DNA of 63,035 bases, taken from contig JASFYR010000011.1 in NCBI GenBank assembly GCA_045047115.1, positions 1 through 63,035 of the forward strand, written 5' to 3'. Below, piece by piece: positions 8,426 through 18,693 of the stretch. The translations under genes were made by a program, and so were the position numbers. This DNA comes from Sulfurospirillum sp. GTDB lineage: Bacteria > Campylobacterota > Campylobacteria > Campylobacterales > Sulfurospirillaceae. Below the pieces are notes generated by a model. The model ran no database searches. It was not told where the DNA came from and saw only the letters and a list, made by a program, of their open reading frames with translations. The first letter of the stretch is position 1; each line of letters opens with the position of its first letter.

Positions 8426-9723
8426 AACAAGAGATAAAAGACGGTTATAATTTTTCATTTATAACCGATAACTCATCCCAATGTGACAAAAAAGGTGCAT
8501 TTTTCCTTTCAAAATTAAATAAACGATACTTAGAAGATGCAAAGAGCAGAGGTTGTGTGCATATACTGGGTGCAAATGAAGTTTCAAATATTTTAGGGAT
8601 TGATGAGCATATAAAAATCATAGGTATCACAGGCACAAATGGTAAAACCACAACTGCTGCTGCCATATACTCCATACTTTTGGATTTAGGCATAAAAGTT
8701 GCACTCCAAGGTACCAGAGGTTGTTTTATAAATGAGAGACAAATTGCCCAAAAAGGTTTGACAACTCCTGCAATCTTTGAAACTATGCTGCATATCAAAG
8801 AAGCAATAAATGAAGAGTGTAGATACTTCATAATGGAAGTCAGTTCGCACGCGATAGAGCAAAACAGGATAGATGGTCTAAATTTTGCATTGAAAATCTT
8901 TACAAATGTCACTCAAGATCATCTGGATTATCATAAAAGTTTAGAAAATTATATCGGAGTAAAGAGTAGTTTTTTTGCTGATAAAACGATAAAGCTCATC
9001 AACAAAGATGAAAAAAAGATTAATTTCAATCCCAAAAACTGTCGAACTTATGGTATAGAAAATTCTGCTACATATAAAATTTTAGCATATAGTCTAAACG
9101 ATGGCATAAGTGCAGCTTTGGCGAAGATAGAAAAGGTGTATGAGTTTTCTAGCCCTATGAGAGGTTTTTTTAATCTTTATAATCTGTTGGCTGCAATCAG
9201 TGCAGTGGATATGCTTGAAGTTGCATCGATGGAGAAGATCTGTGAAGCAGTAGAGAATTTTGCCGGAGTGCAGGGTCGTATGGAGATAGTGAGCCAGAAG
9301 CCACTTGTTATCGTTGATTTTGCACATACACCAGATGGCATGGAGAAGGTACTAGATAGCATGAAGGGCAGAGACATAGTTGTTGTTTTTGGAGCAGGGG
9401 GTGAGCGAGACAGAGGCAAAAGAGCCAAAATGGGCTTTATAGCTTCTAAATTTGCTAAAAAGATTGTTGTTACAAGTGATAATCCAAGAAATGAAAAACC
9501 AGAATTTATAATACAAGACATACTTGCAGGAATCAAAAATCCAAAAGCTCTACATATAGAGGTGGATAGAAAAAAAGCTATAAAAAAGGCGATTGATTGG
9601 CAGAAAGAAGATGAGGTTTTATTGGTCTTGGGTAAAGGTGACGAGACATATCAAGATATTGGTACAGAGTTGATTCCATTTGATGATAGAAAAATAATCA
9701 AAAAATTAATGAAATTAGGATAA
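8422..9723 (+). CDS. murE: UDP-MurNAc-tripeptide synthetase (meso-DAP ligase)
   Basis: GITGTNGKTT, MEVSSH, DHLDYH, DFAHTPDG, DNPR. Confidence 0.96.
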   Translation: MKQEIKDGYNFSFITDNSSQCDKKGAFFLSKLNKRYLEDAKSRGCVHILGANEVSNILGIDEHIKIIGITGTNGKTTTAAAIYSILLDLGIKVALQGTRGCFINERQIAQKGLTTPAIFETMLHIKEAINEECRYFIMEVSSHAIEQNRIDGLNFALKIFTNVTQDHLDYHKSLENYIGVKSSFFADKTIKLINKDEKKINFNPKNCRTYGIENSATYKILAYSLNDGISAALAKIEKVYEFSSPMRGFFNLYNLLAAISAVDMLEVASMEKICEAVENFAGVQGRMEIVSQKPLVIVDFAHTPDGMEKVLDSMKGRDIVVVFGAGGERDRGKRAKMGFIASKFAKKIVVTSDNPRNEKPEFIIQDILAGIKNPKALHIEVDRKKAIKKAIDWQKEDEVLLVLGKGDETYQDIGTELIPFDDRKIIKKLMKLG

Positions 9724-9728
9724 AATAG

Positions 9729-10097
9729 ATGACATTTGAGATGTTGTACAGTAAAATACACAGAGCTGTGGTGAGTGATGCAAATCTAAATTATGTAGGT
9801 TCGATTACAATCGATGCGGAGTTGATGGATGCTGCAAATCTAAGAATCGGACAAAAAGTTGAGATTGTAAATATTAACAATGGTGAGAGATTTAGCACCT
9901 ATGTGATAGAGGGCAAGAGAGGTGCAAAAGATATATGTCTAAATGGAGCAGCTGCAAGAAAAGCAGAAGTTGGAGACAGGATTATCATCATAGCTTATGC
10001 TAGCATGAGCGAAGAAGAGGCCAAACAGTTCAAGCCAAGCGTTGTATTGGTAAATGATGAGAATGATATAGAAGAGATAAGAGATTTTGTAGGTTAA
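9729..10097 (+). CDS. panD: Aspartate 1-decarboxylase
   Basis: [19 protein letters not shown]. Confidence 0.97.
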   Translation: MTFEMLYSKIHRAVVSDANLNYVGSITIDAELMDAANLRIGQKVEIVNINNGERFSTYVIEGKRGAKDICLNGAAARKAEVGDRIIIIAYASMSEEEAKQFKPSVVLVNDENDIEEIRDFVG

Positions 10098-10110
10098 GGG
10101 TAGGTGTAAT

Positions 10111-10422
10111 ATGTTTGAAAATATGGATTTTTCCAAAATGGGTGAGATGCTAGAAGTTGCTCAAAAACAGGCAAAGAAGATGGAAGAAGAGGCCAACAAT
10201 AAAGAGTTTAGTGCAAAAAGTGGTGGAGGACTTGTAAAAGTGAGCCTGAACGGGCATGGCGAAGTGGTAGATTTAAGCATAGATGATTCACTGCTTGAGG
10301 ACAAAGAATCTTTGCAGATTCTTTTGATAAGTGCTATAAATGATGGTTTTAAAATGGTAGAAGATGATAAAAAACTAGCAGCAACCCAAATGCTAGGTGG
10401 TTTGGGTGACTTTGGAAAATAA
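10111..10422 (+). CDS. YbaB/EbfC nucleoid-associated protein
   Basis: SGGGLVKV..NG, D.E.LQ.L..SAIND. Confidence 0.9.
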   Translation: MFENMDFSKMGEMLEVAQKQAKKMEEEANNKEFSAKSGGGLVKVSLNGHGEVVDLSIDDSLLEDKESLQILLISAINDGFKMVEDDKKLAATQMLGGLGDFGK

Positions 10423-10430
10423 GGAGACTT

Positions 10431-11441
10431 ATGAGATTTATACTGATTTTAATTTTTACCGTAAATGCACTTTTTAGTGTCAGTTTTACCTATCCGGACT
10501 TTAAAAAGTGTTATAAAAAGGATGTAAAGTCAATTGTATATTTTGGTTCTACGCAAGCTATAGCTGTTAGCAAACATTATGCAGTTGCATATCTGAAGAA
10601 AAAACCAAAACATTCATTTGTAAGATATGACCCGTTTCTAAATCTGTATCTTTTTTATAGTAAAAAAAATCTACATCCTGTGAAGTTAAAAAATACAGAT
10701 AAGCTAACCTTGGGTGAGTGGCTGGCAAGCATGGATGATGACTCTATGTACACTGGTAACTTTGCCCAAAGAGGGATAGGGCTAAATATATTTTTTAAAC
10801 AAAACAGTAAAACTCCGCCAAACAGTATGATTTCATGTTTGTGCTGTAGTATATATGGGATTGGAGTAGGGAATGGAAAGTTTATATCTTCAAATTTTAT
10901 AAAGAGATTCTTAGACTCCAAAAGTGTCGCTTATGGCGATATAGGAGTAAGATTTTTAAGACGAGGAAAAGATGTTATAGTCTCCTCAGTAAACCCAATG
11001 TTCCCACATCAATTGCTTGAAGTTGGCGATATAATCAAGAAGATAGATAGCAAAAAAGTCAAAAAAATTGAAGATATTGAAGATTACATACTGTTTCAAA
11101 AAATAGGTAAAATAGTAAAACTCCAATTTGTAAGAAACAACAAGCTGATTACACAGAAGATAAAAGTCTTGAAAAGATATGGCGGTGGAGAGTTGAGTGA
11201 TTCATTTTTGGAGAGAAAAGGGATGTTTTTTGACAAAAATTTAAGAATAAAAGCCATAAAAAAAGGCTCGTTTGCATGGAAGAGCGGATTGCGCACAGGA
11301 GATAAACTACTTCAAATCGACAGAATAAATGTAGCAAATGAAGATGATATAAGAAGAATTTTTTCAAGTTTGAAGAAAAAAGAGGTAAATCTACTTTTTG
11401 ATAGAAATGATTTCCAATTTTTTATTAAGGTGGTTTTGTGA
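10431..11441 (+). CDS. Periplasmic PDZ-domain protein
   Basis: Signal peptide; two PDZ-like segments (LEVGDII, GLRTGDKLLQID). Confidence 0.8.
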   Translation: MRFILILIFTVNALFSVSFTYPDFKKCYKKDVKSIVYFGSTQAIAVSKHYAVAYLKKKPKHSFVRYDPFLNLYLFYSKKNLHPVKLKNTDKLTLGEWLASMDDDSMYTGNFAQRGIGLNIFFKQNSKTPPNSMISCLCCSIYGIGVGNGKFISSNFIKRFLDSKSVAYGDIGVRFLRRGKDVIVSSVNPMFPHQLLEVGDIIKKIDSKKVKKIEDIEDYILFQKIGKIVKLQFVRNNKLITQKIKVLKRYGGGELSDSFLERKGMFFDKNLRIKAIKKGSFAWKSGLRTGDKLLQIDRINVANEDDIRRIFSSLKKKEVNLLFDRNDFQFFIKVVL

Positions 11442-12301
11442 GTGCCAAGTTTGATTTATTGGAAGGATTTGAGTCTTATTTGAGGAAAAATGGACCTAAG
11501 ACAGAAGGTTTCCATCCATATTTCCAAAAAGCACTAGATGAGATACTCAAAGCCGGAGGAAAAAGGTTCAGGCCGATGTTACTTTTGAGTGTTGTTGATG
11601 TCTGCTCGCCTTTTTTGGTGCCAAATTCATATTGTGTTGCTCTTGGGCTAGAGATGTTGCATACTTACTCTTTGATCCACGATGATTTGCCGGCTATGGA
11701 TGATGCAGATCTCAGGCGTGGTCATCCGACTCTACATGTAACTTATGATGAAGTTACAGCTATACTTGCGGGAGATGCCCTAAACACCGATGCTTTTTAT
11801 ATGATTGCCAATGCGCCTTTGAGTAGTGAAATAAGGATAGAACTTGTAAAAATTCTGGCAAAAAATGGTGGAAGCGGTGGTATGGTAATCGGTCAGGCAA
11901 TTGACTGTGAATTTGAAGATAAAATTTTAAAACAGAGCGAGTTGGAGTTTTTGCATCTAAACAAGACTGCAAAGCTCATAGCAGCCTCGCTTCTTATGGG
12001 GGCAGTTATATGTGAATTGGATGAAAAAAGCAAAAATGCCATATATAATTTTGGTTTAAATCTTGGGCTTTTGTTCCAGATTCAAGATGATATCATAGAT
12101 GCAACCCAAAGTGAAGAAGAGGCTGGAAAACCGACGGGAAATGATGAGCATAAAAATTCATTTGTAAACCTTTTAGGGCTTGATGGAGCATTGGAATATA
12201 AGCAAAAAGCACTAGAAGCTTTACATGTGGAGTTAAAAAAATTAGATAAAAATCTAGCAAAAAGGCTAGGTATAATAGTAAAGGGATATTTTGATGGATG
12301 A
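11438..12301 (+). CDS. ispA: Geranyltranstransferase (FPP synthase)
   Basis: GGKRFRP, HDDLPAMDDADLRRG, FQIQDD. Confidence 0.93.
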   Translation: MSAKFDLLEGFESYLRKNGPKTEGFHPYFQKALDEILKAGGKRFRPMLLLSVVDVCSPFLVPNSYCVALGLEMLHTYSLIHDDLPAMDDADLRRGHPTLHVTYDEVTAILAGDALNTDAFYMIANAPLSSEIRIELVKILAKNGGSGGMVIGQAIDCEFEDKILKQSELEFLHLNKTAKLIAASLLMGAVICELDEKSKNAIYNFGLNLGLLFQIQDDIIDATQSEEEAGKPTGNDEHKNSFVNLLGLDGALEYKQKALEALHVELKKLDKNLAKRLGIIVKGYFDG

Positions 12302-14279
12302 TTTAGATATGTTGCAAAAGCAGGCCGATACGATTAGATTTTTGTGCGCAGATATGGTTCAGCGTGCAAACAGTGGACACCCCGGAGCCCCTATGGGTTT
12401 GGCGGATATTATCACAGTGTTAAGCAAACACCTAAGACACAATCCTAAAAATCCAAAATGGTTAAACAGGGATAGATTGGTTTTTAGCGGTGGGCATGCT
12501 TCTTCACTTATATATTCATTTTTGTATCTAAGCGGATATGATATGAGTTTGGATGATTTGAAAAAATTTAGACAACTAGACAGCAAGACTCCAGGTCACC
12601 CTGAGTATGGAGAAGTTCCGGGAGTTGAGATAACCACAGGACCTTTAGGACAAGGTGTTGCAAATGCTGTTGGTTTTGCAATGGCTGAGAAATTAGCGCA
12701 AAGTAAACTAAATAGTGATACAGCAAAGATAATAGACCATAAAGTTTATGGGCTTTGCGGAGATGGTGACCTGGAGGAGGGTATAAGCTATGAAGCTTGT
12801 GCATTAGCAGGACATTTGGTGCTTGATAATTTAGTACTTTTTTACGATAGTAACCATATCACGATAGAGGGAAGTACCAACTTGGCTTGGGGTGAAGATG
12901 TGAAGATGCGTTTTGAAGCGCAAGGATGGCAAGTTTCACGCATAGACGGACATGATTATGAAGAGATAAATGAAGTTTTAGAAAATGCAAAAGAGCAGAG
13001 TAAGCCATATCTTATCATAGCGAACACAATCATAGGAAAAGGTGCAGTTGGACTTGAAGGTACAAGTGCAACCCACGGTGCTCCATTGGGTGAAGAGATT
13101 ATAAGAGAGTCAAAAAAACAAGCCGGTTTTGATCCAGACATTAAGTTTTTTGTACCAGAAGATGTAAAAGCAAGATTTGAGTGCGCAGTGGAAAAAGGTG
13201 ATTTGCTTGAGAGAGAGTGGAAAAAACTTTTAAATGAGGCACCATTGATAGAGCAAAATGAAGCTCTAAGGGCTCTTCTAAATCCTGATTTTTCAAAAAT
13301 CCAGTGGCCTGGTTTTGAAGATAGTTCCAAAGTTGCCACAAGAGACAGTAATGGTCAGATTTTAAATGCGATAGCCAGAGCAGTCCCTGGATTTGTAGGT
13401 GGAAGTGCTGATTTGGCTCCATCAAACAAGAGTTATCTAAAAGATATGGGAGAGTTCCCAACAGGTAGAAATATACACTTTGGTATCCGTGAACACTCGA
13501 TGGCAGCTATAACAAACGCTATCTCTCTTTATGGTCTTTTTATACCTTTTAGCGCAACATTTTTTATATTTAGTGATTATTTAAAGCCGGCTGCCAGGCT
13601 TTCAGCATTGATGAAAATCCAAAATTTCTTTGTATGGACTCATGATAGCATAGGAGTTGGAGAAGATGGACCGACTCATCAGCCTATAGAGCAGTTGAGC
13701 CAGTTTCGTGCTATGCCAAACTTTTATACATTTCGCCCGGCAGATGCAAGTGAAAATGTAGAGTGCTGGAAAAAAGCATTAGAGATGAAAAATTCTCCAT
13801 CTGCTTTTGTGCTTTCTCGCCAAAAACTTCAAACTTTAAAAGCGGGTGAAATTGAGTTTGGTGAAGTAGCAAATGGCGGATATTTGGTCAAAAAGAGAAA
13901 AGATGCAACTCTTACCATCATAGCAAGCGGAAGTGAGCTTATGACTTCACTTAAAGCGGCTTGTCATTTAGAACTTGCAGGAATCAATGCAAATGTAGTA
14001 AGTGTGCCTTGTTTTGATCTTTTCGTAGAACAAGACAAGAAATATATAGATAAAATTATCGATCCAAACACCAAAGTTTTAGCAGTTGAAGCAGCTAGTG
14101 GAAACGAGTGGTATAGATTTGCCGATGAGGTTTTGGGCATGAACAGTTTTGGTGCAAGTGCCCCAGCAGATGAACTCTTTAAGAAGTTTGGTTTTACGAT
14201 AAAAGGTGTAAAGCAAAAGGCGATGTCCATGATGAATAAAGAGTATGTGCAGACTGAAGCAAAAGGTGAAAAACTATAA
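12294..14279 (+). CDS. tkt: Transketolase
   Basis: SGHPGAPMG, GDGDLEEG, FGIREH, THDSIGVGEDGPTHQP. Confidence 0.97.
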   Translation: MDDLDMLQKQADTIRFLCADMVQRANSGHPGAPMGLADIITVLSKHLRHNPKNPKWLNRDRLVFSGGHASSLIYSFLYLSGYDMSLDDLKKFRQLDSKTPGHPEYGEVPGVEITTGPLGQGVANAVGFAMAEKLAQSKLNSDTAKIIDHKVYGLCGDGDLEEGISYEACALAGHLVLDNLVLFYDSNHITIEGSTNLAWGEDVKMRFEAQGWQVSRIDGHDYEEINEVLENAKEQSKPYLIIANTIIGKGAVGLEGTSATHGAPLGEEIIRESKKQAGFDPDIKFFVPEDVKARFECAVEKGDLLEREWKKLLNEAPLIEQNEALRALLNPDFSKIQWPGFEDSSKVATRDSNGQILNAIARAVPGFVGGSADLAPSNKSYLKDMGEFPTGRNIHFGIREHSMAAITNAISLYGLFIPFSATFFIFSDYLKPAARLSALMKIQNFFVWTHDSIGVGEDGPTHQPIEQLSQFRAMPNFYTFRPADASENVECWKKALEMKNSPSAFVLSRQKLQTLKAGEIEFGEVANGGYLVKKRKDATLTIIASGSELMTSLKAACHLELAGINANVVSVPCFDLFVEQDKKYIDKIIDPNTKVLAVEAASGNEWYRFADEVLGMNSFGASAPADELFKKFGFTIKGVKQKAMSMMNKEYVQTEAKGEKL

Positions 14280-14956
14280 AAACCATAGGATTATTGGGTG
14301 GTATGAGCTGGGAGAGCAGTGCCGCCTACTACAAAATTATTAATGAATATACAAATGAACTTTTAGGTTCTTTAAATAATGCAAAATCTATACTGGTAAC
14401 AGTAAATTTTGAAGAGATAGAGAAGCTACAACACAAAGGCAAATGGAAAGAGGCAGCTGACATACTCATAAAAGCAGCCCAAAGTTTACAAAACGGCGGA
14501 GCTGATTTTATAGTAATATGCACAAATACCATGCACAAACTTCTACCACAGATAACTCTACATGTAGAGATTCCTTTTTTGCATATTGCCCAGGCTACTG
14601 CAAACAAGATTAAAAAAGACAGAGTCAAAAAAGTACTGCTTTTGGGTACAAAATTTACGATGCAAGAGAATTTTTACAAGCAAATACTCATAGATAATGG
14701 TATAGAAGTGACTATACCAAATGATAAAGATATGGATACAGTTCACAAAGTTATCTACAATGAATTGTGTCTGGGTGAGATAAAAGATGAATCTAAAAAA
14801 GCATTTATAGAGATAATAAAAAAAGAAAAAGAGGTCAATGGCGTCATACTCGGATGTACAGAAATCGGTATGTTGGTCTCACAAAATGATATGGATATAA
14901 ATGTTTATGATACCACTGTAATTCATGCAAAAGAGGCTGTGAGGATGGCACTATGA
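14276..14956 (+). CDS. Aspartate/glutamate racemase family protein (YgeA-like); probable ATA start
   Basis: GGMSWES, ICTNTMH, ILGCTEI. In-frame upstream reads I-KTIGLL from ATA 14276. Confidence 0.85.
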   Translation: MKTIGLLGGMSWESSAAYYKIINEYTNELLGSLNNAKSILVTVNFEEIEKLQHKGKWKEAADILIKAAQSLQNGGADFIVICTNTMHKLLPQITLHVEIPFLHIAQATANKIKKDRVKKVLLLGTKFTMQENFYKQILIDNGIEVTIPNDKDMDTVHKVIYNELCLGEIKDESKKAFIEIIKKEKEVNGVILGCTEIGMLVSQNDMDINVYDTTVIHAKEAVRMAL

Positions 14957-15618
14957 AAAAAAGAGCTATGATTTTTGATTTGGACGGAACACTGCTTGAT
15001 ACTCTCAAAGATATAGCCATAAGTGTCAATTATGTGCTTAGTATATATAACAAGAAGCCGATTTTATTAGATGATTTCAGGTATCTGGTAGGTGAGGGTG
15101 CTTTGAAACTGATGCAAGATGCTCTAAGGGTTGATGAAAAAGAGGCACGAAAAGCATTGGTACTATTTGAGAAGCATTATGCAAATCAATATGCCCAAAA
15201 TACAAAACTATATGAAGGCATAGGAAAACTCTTGACTTTTTTGAAGAAAAAAGGCTTTAAAATGGCGATTTTATCAAATAAACCAGATAGCTTCACCAAG
15301 CTTTGTGGTATAAAATACTTAAGAGATTGGAATTTTGATGCAGTATATGGCATAAGAGAAGGAGTCTCTAGAAAACCTGATGCCGCAGGTGCTTTTGAGA
15401 TACTCAAAGAGTTGCATATAGAGCCTGGGGAGTGTTTGTTTATGGGAGACACAAAGATAGACATGATGACAGCAAAAAATGCAGATATAGACTCTATAGG
15501 AGTTTTATGGGGATTTAGAGATAAAGTTGAGCTAGAGGAGAATGGTGCAAAATATATTGTCAAGACACCAGTAGAAGCTGTAAAATTGATAGAGAGTTTG
15601 GAGGAAAGTATTGATTAA
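14953..15618 (+). CDS. HAD hydrolase (phosphoglycolate phosphatase-like)
   Basis: FDLDGTL, SNK, KP, GD...D motifs. Confidence 0.9.
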   Translation: MKKRAMIFDLDGTLLDTLKDIAISVNYVLSIYNKKPILLDDFRYLVGEGALKLMQDALRVDEKEARKALVLFEKHYANQYAQNTKLYEGIGKLLTFLKKKGFKMAILSNKPDSFTKLCGIKYLRDWNFDAVYGIREGVSRKPDAAGAFEILKELHIEPGECLFMGDTKIDMMTAKNADIDSIGVLWGFRDKVELEENGAKYIVKTPVEAVKLIESLEESID

Positions 15619-16072
15619 AACTTTTTTGATAGTTTTCTTATTAGTTGTTAGTTCTGAATCTATAGAGATAAAATGCAAAGGCTGTTCGGCCGGTAAGGAT
15701 ATGGTAAAGTGCGACTACTATGTAGTAAAACAACATAATCTAACATATCAAAGGAGTTGCCTAGCATACGCTCAATATATAGACATGGACGGTATGTATG
15801 CTAAAGCTGCATGGTATTATCTTTTGGGTGGTGATAAGCAAAAAGCAAAAAAGAGTGCCACTAAAGCTCTTCGGGAAGGATATCACTATGCCGCTGAGTA
15901 TAAAGGCTTTGCTGATTTATTAGTTGGTAATCAAAAAGAGGCGCAAAAAGCGTTGATCTTCTTTAGAAATAAGGTAAAAAATATAGATTATGCTAAAAGA
16001 GATATAGAAATTATGAAATACATTTATATAAATTTTGATTCTAAAAGTGTCGATAAGATACTATACAGATAG
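15611..16072 (+). CDS. Hypothetical exported protein, Cys-containing, helical-repeat-like
   Basis: 153 aa ORF with hydrophobic N-terminus, overlapping the upstream stop. Confidence 0.6.
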   Translation: MIKTFLIVFLLVVSSESIEIKCKGCSAGKDMVKCDYYVVKQHNLTYQRSCLAYAQYIDMDGMYAKAAWYYLLGGDKQKAKKSATKALREGYHYAAEYKGFADLLVGNQKEAQKALIFFRNKVKNIDYAKRDIEIMKYIYINFDSKSVDKILYR

Positions 16073-16094
16073 ACTACAATAGCAGTCTATCTGT
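16065..16094. terminator. Hairpin between convergent genes
   Basis: ACAGATAGACT..AGTCTATCTGT 11 bp stem. Confidence 0.55.
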
Positions 16095-16101
16095 CAAATC
16101 T

Positions 16102-17052
16102 CTATACTCCTGCTTCTTCTCTTCTTTGGAGCAGTTCCCATTTCTTGTCAACATCATTTTGCATTTGGGTAATGATATGCTCATTTTCCTTTTTAAACAG
16201 ATGTTTAAACCTTCCTTGAACTCCTAGATAATCTCTTACAGGGACTATATTTTTTGGTCTGTATGTGATTGTTAGTTTAGTGCCATTCTCTATTTCGTAG
16301 AGCGGAAAAACAAGTGAATCTGTACCTAAATCGCTCACATCTATCGTTTTATCTGCCGGAAATTTCCACTCAGTTGTGCAGGCACTCATAGCATTAATGA
16401 AAACAGGTCCTTCTGTAGCCAGGGCTTTTTGGTACTTTTTAACCATATCTTTCCACTTATTTGGTGCAACTTGTGCTACATAAGGCGCACCGTGAGCCGC
16501 CATAATCGCAACTATATCTTTTTTGTATTTTTTGTTTCCATAACTTACTCTTCCAGCAGGAGTTGTGGTTGTACTTGCTCCTCTTGGAGTTGAGCTACTT
16601 CGCTGTCCTCCTGTGTTTGCATACACTTCATTGTCAAGGCAGATATATGTAAAGTCATGACCTCTCTCAACCGCTCCGCTTAGAAATTGAAATCCTATAT
16701 CATAAGTTGCACCATCTCCGCCAAAAGCTACAAATTTGACTGGTTTATCAGGGTCTTTCAGTCTGCCTTTTCTCTTTAGTGTCTTATACATAGCCTCTGC
16801 TCCACTTGCCGCAGTTGCAGCATTTTCAAAGCCTATATGTATCCACGAGGCATCCCAGGAAGTGTGTGGATATACTGCGGTACAGACTTCAAGGCATCCT
16901 GTTGCATTTGCTATGACTAAGTTGTCATCGGTGCAGTTCAAAAGCTCTCTTACGATGATAGAGTGAGCACAACCGGGACAAAGGAGGTGTGCCCCTTCAA
17001 ATCTGTCATTTGAAGTTGAAAACTGTTTTAAATTTTTTATTATTTTACTCAT
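16102..17052 (-). CDS. porB: Pyruvate:ferredoxin oxidoreductase beta subunit (TPP-binding)
   Basis: CPGC, ATGCLEV, GGDG, DNEVYANTGGQRS. Confidence 0.92.
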   Translation of the reverse strand: MSKIIKNLKQFSTSNDRFEGAHLLCPGCAHSIIVRELLNCTDDNLVIANATGCLEVCTAVYPHTSWDASWIHIGFENAATAASGAEAMYKTLKRKGRLKDPDKPVKFVAFGGDGATYDIGFQFLSGAVERGHDFTYICLDNEVYANTGGQRSSSTPRGASTTTTPAGRVSYGNKKYKKDIVAIMAAHGAPYVAQVAPNKWKDMVKKYQKALATEGPVFINAMSACTTEWKFPADKTIDVSDLGTDSLVFPLYEIENGTKLTITYRPKNIVPVRDYLGVQGRFKHLFKKENEHIITQMQNDVDKKWELLQRREEAGV

Positions 17053-18286
17053 CAATTTGCTCCTGATTAAAAAAAGAGAGTTTAGGACCTCTTAACCCGC
17101 TAAACTGTTGTAGCGGTGTCACGAGTCTGCCTGCTTGTGCATTTTTTACAATATCAGCGTAAATCTCTTTTATATCTTTTTGTGTTATATCTCTTCCGCC
17201 AAGTCCGTATATGTAGTTATTTATGATGGGCTTATTATTGCTTTGATACATCGCTGCGCTGATTTCGTTAAATAGCATACCCAAAGTTCCGCCGGGCGCA
17301 CTTCTATCAAGTGTGGCTAGTGCTTTTACATCTTTTAATGCAACTACAACTTCTTTAAAAGGAAAAGGTCTTATGACTCTAGTTGCTACAACTCCGGCTT
17401 TTATACCGCTGCTCTTTCGTAAATCTTTCGCAGCTTGCACAGCACTTTCAACTGTACTCCCAAGCGCTACTATGGCAACTTCGGCATCTTCCATCATATA
17501 ACTCTCTACTGCTTTGTACTCTCTGTTTGTCAAACTCTTAAACTCTTCAAAGACTGTATTTATGATATTTGATGAATCCATCAAAGCTTTTTGTTGCCTA
17601 GCTTTAAACTCAAAATGCCAATCTTCTTCAGTTTGAGCACCATAAGTGACAGGCTTACAAAAATCAAGCATAGGATTTACTTCTTTGTAATCACCTATGA
17701 ATTTATAAGCTACTTCATCTTGAAGTGGTTTTACATTTTGCGCAGTATGAGAAGTGATAAATCCGTCTTGATTGACCATGACTGGAAGTCTGACATTTAA
17801 ATCTTCACCTATCTTAAATCCCATAAGCATCAAATCATAAGCTTCTTGGGCATTAAAAGCATCTATCATGATCCAGCCGGCATCTCTTCCCAGGTACATA
17901 TCCGAGTGGTCACCGTTTACATTTAGAGGTGAAGCTAATGCTCGATTTACCAAGCCAAGTACTATCGGCAGTCTCATTCCACTTGCCTGATACAAAACTT
18001 CTATCATCAGAGCAAAACCTTGAGAACTTGTTGCAGTTGCTACTCTTCCGCCAGCCGCAGCAGCTCCTACACAGCCACTCATAGCAGCGTGTTCACTCTC
18101 TACCAAAACAAACTCACCGTCTATGTATCCGTCAGCCAAAAACTTCGCATATCCGTGAACTGTCGGAGTTGATGGAGTTATCGGATAAGCCGCAACAACA
18201 TCGATTTGTGCTTGTCTCATAGCCTGGGCAAAAGCCATATTGCCATCCCAAACTTCTACTTCTTGTAATTCTAATTTTTCTGCCAT
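17045..18286 (-). CDS. porA: Pyruvate:ferredoxin oxidoreductase alpha subunit
   Basis: YPITP, VESEHAAMS, TATSSQG, YGLGGRD; start MAEKLELQ at 18286. Confidence 0.92.
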   Translation of the reverse strand: MAEKLELQEVEVWDGNMAFAQAMRQAQIDVVAAYPITPSTPTVHGYAKFLADGYIDGEFVLVESEHAAMSGCVGAAAAGGRVATATSSQGFALMIEVLYQASGMRLPIVLGLVNRALASPLNVNGDHSDMYLGRDAGWIMIDAFNAQEAYDLMLMGFKIGEDLNVRLPVMVNQDGFITSHTAQNVKPLQDEVAYKFIGDYKEVNPMLDFCKPVTYGAQTEEDWHFEFKARQQKALMDSSNIINTVFEEFKSLTNREYKAVESYMMEDAEVAIVALGSTVESAVQAAKDLRKSSGIKAGVVATRVIRPFPFKEVVVALKDVKALATLDRSAPGGTLGMLFNEISAAMYQSNNKPIINNYIYGLGGRDITQKDIKEIYADIVKNAQAGRLVTPLQQFSGLRGPKLSFFNQEQIDE

Positions 18287-18681
18287 TACTTTTCCTTCTT
18301 CTTTTTCTGCGGCCACTGTGACAACACTGTATCGTTGTCATCATTTTCAAAAAACATTATAAGCGATTTTGGATTTGTCGGGCAGACTTCTGCACATATT
18401 CCGCACCCTTTGCAATGTTCGTAATCGATTCCAAGCATCGCTTTATCTCTTGAGACGATAGCCGTGTCTGGGCAAAATACCCAACAATTTTGACAATCAA
18501 TGCAGACATCCTTGTTAAATACAGGCTTGAAAACTCTCCAATCAGCAACGCTTGAGGTAAATGAGTTAGTCTGAGCATAGTTTCTCTCTTCTTGTTTTTG
18601 GTTTACAACATCGCAACTCTTATCTTCAAACGAAGGAAGAACTGCTCCTGCTTCAACCTGATCCCATCCTTTGTATTCCAT
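18286..18681 (-). CDS. porD: Pyruvate:ferredoxin oxidoreductase delta subunit (2x[4Fe-4S])
   Basis: CIDCQNCWVFCP and CKGCGICAEVCP. Confidence 0.92.
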   Translation of the reverse strand: MEYKGWDQVEAGAVLPSFEDKSCDVVNQKQEERNYAQTNSFTSSVADWRVFKPVFNKDVCIDCQNCWVFCPDTAIVSRDKAMLGIDYEHCKGCGICAEVCPTNPKSLIMFFENDDNDTVLSQWPQKKKKEK

Positions 18682-18693
18682 CCTTATTCCTTT

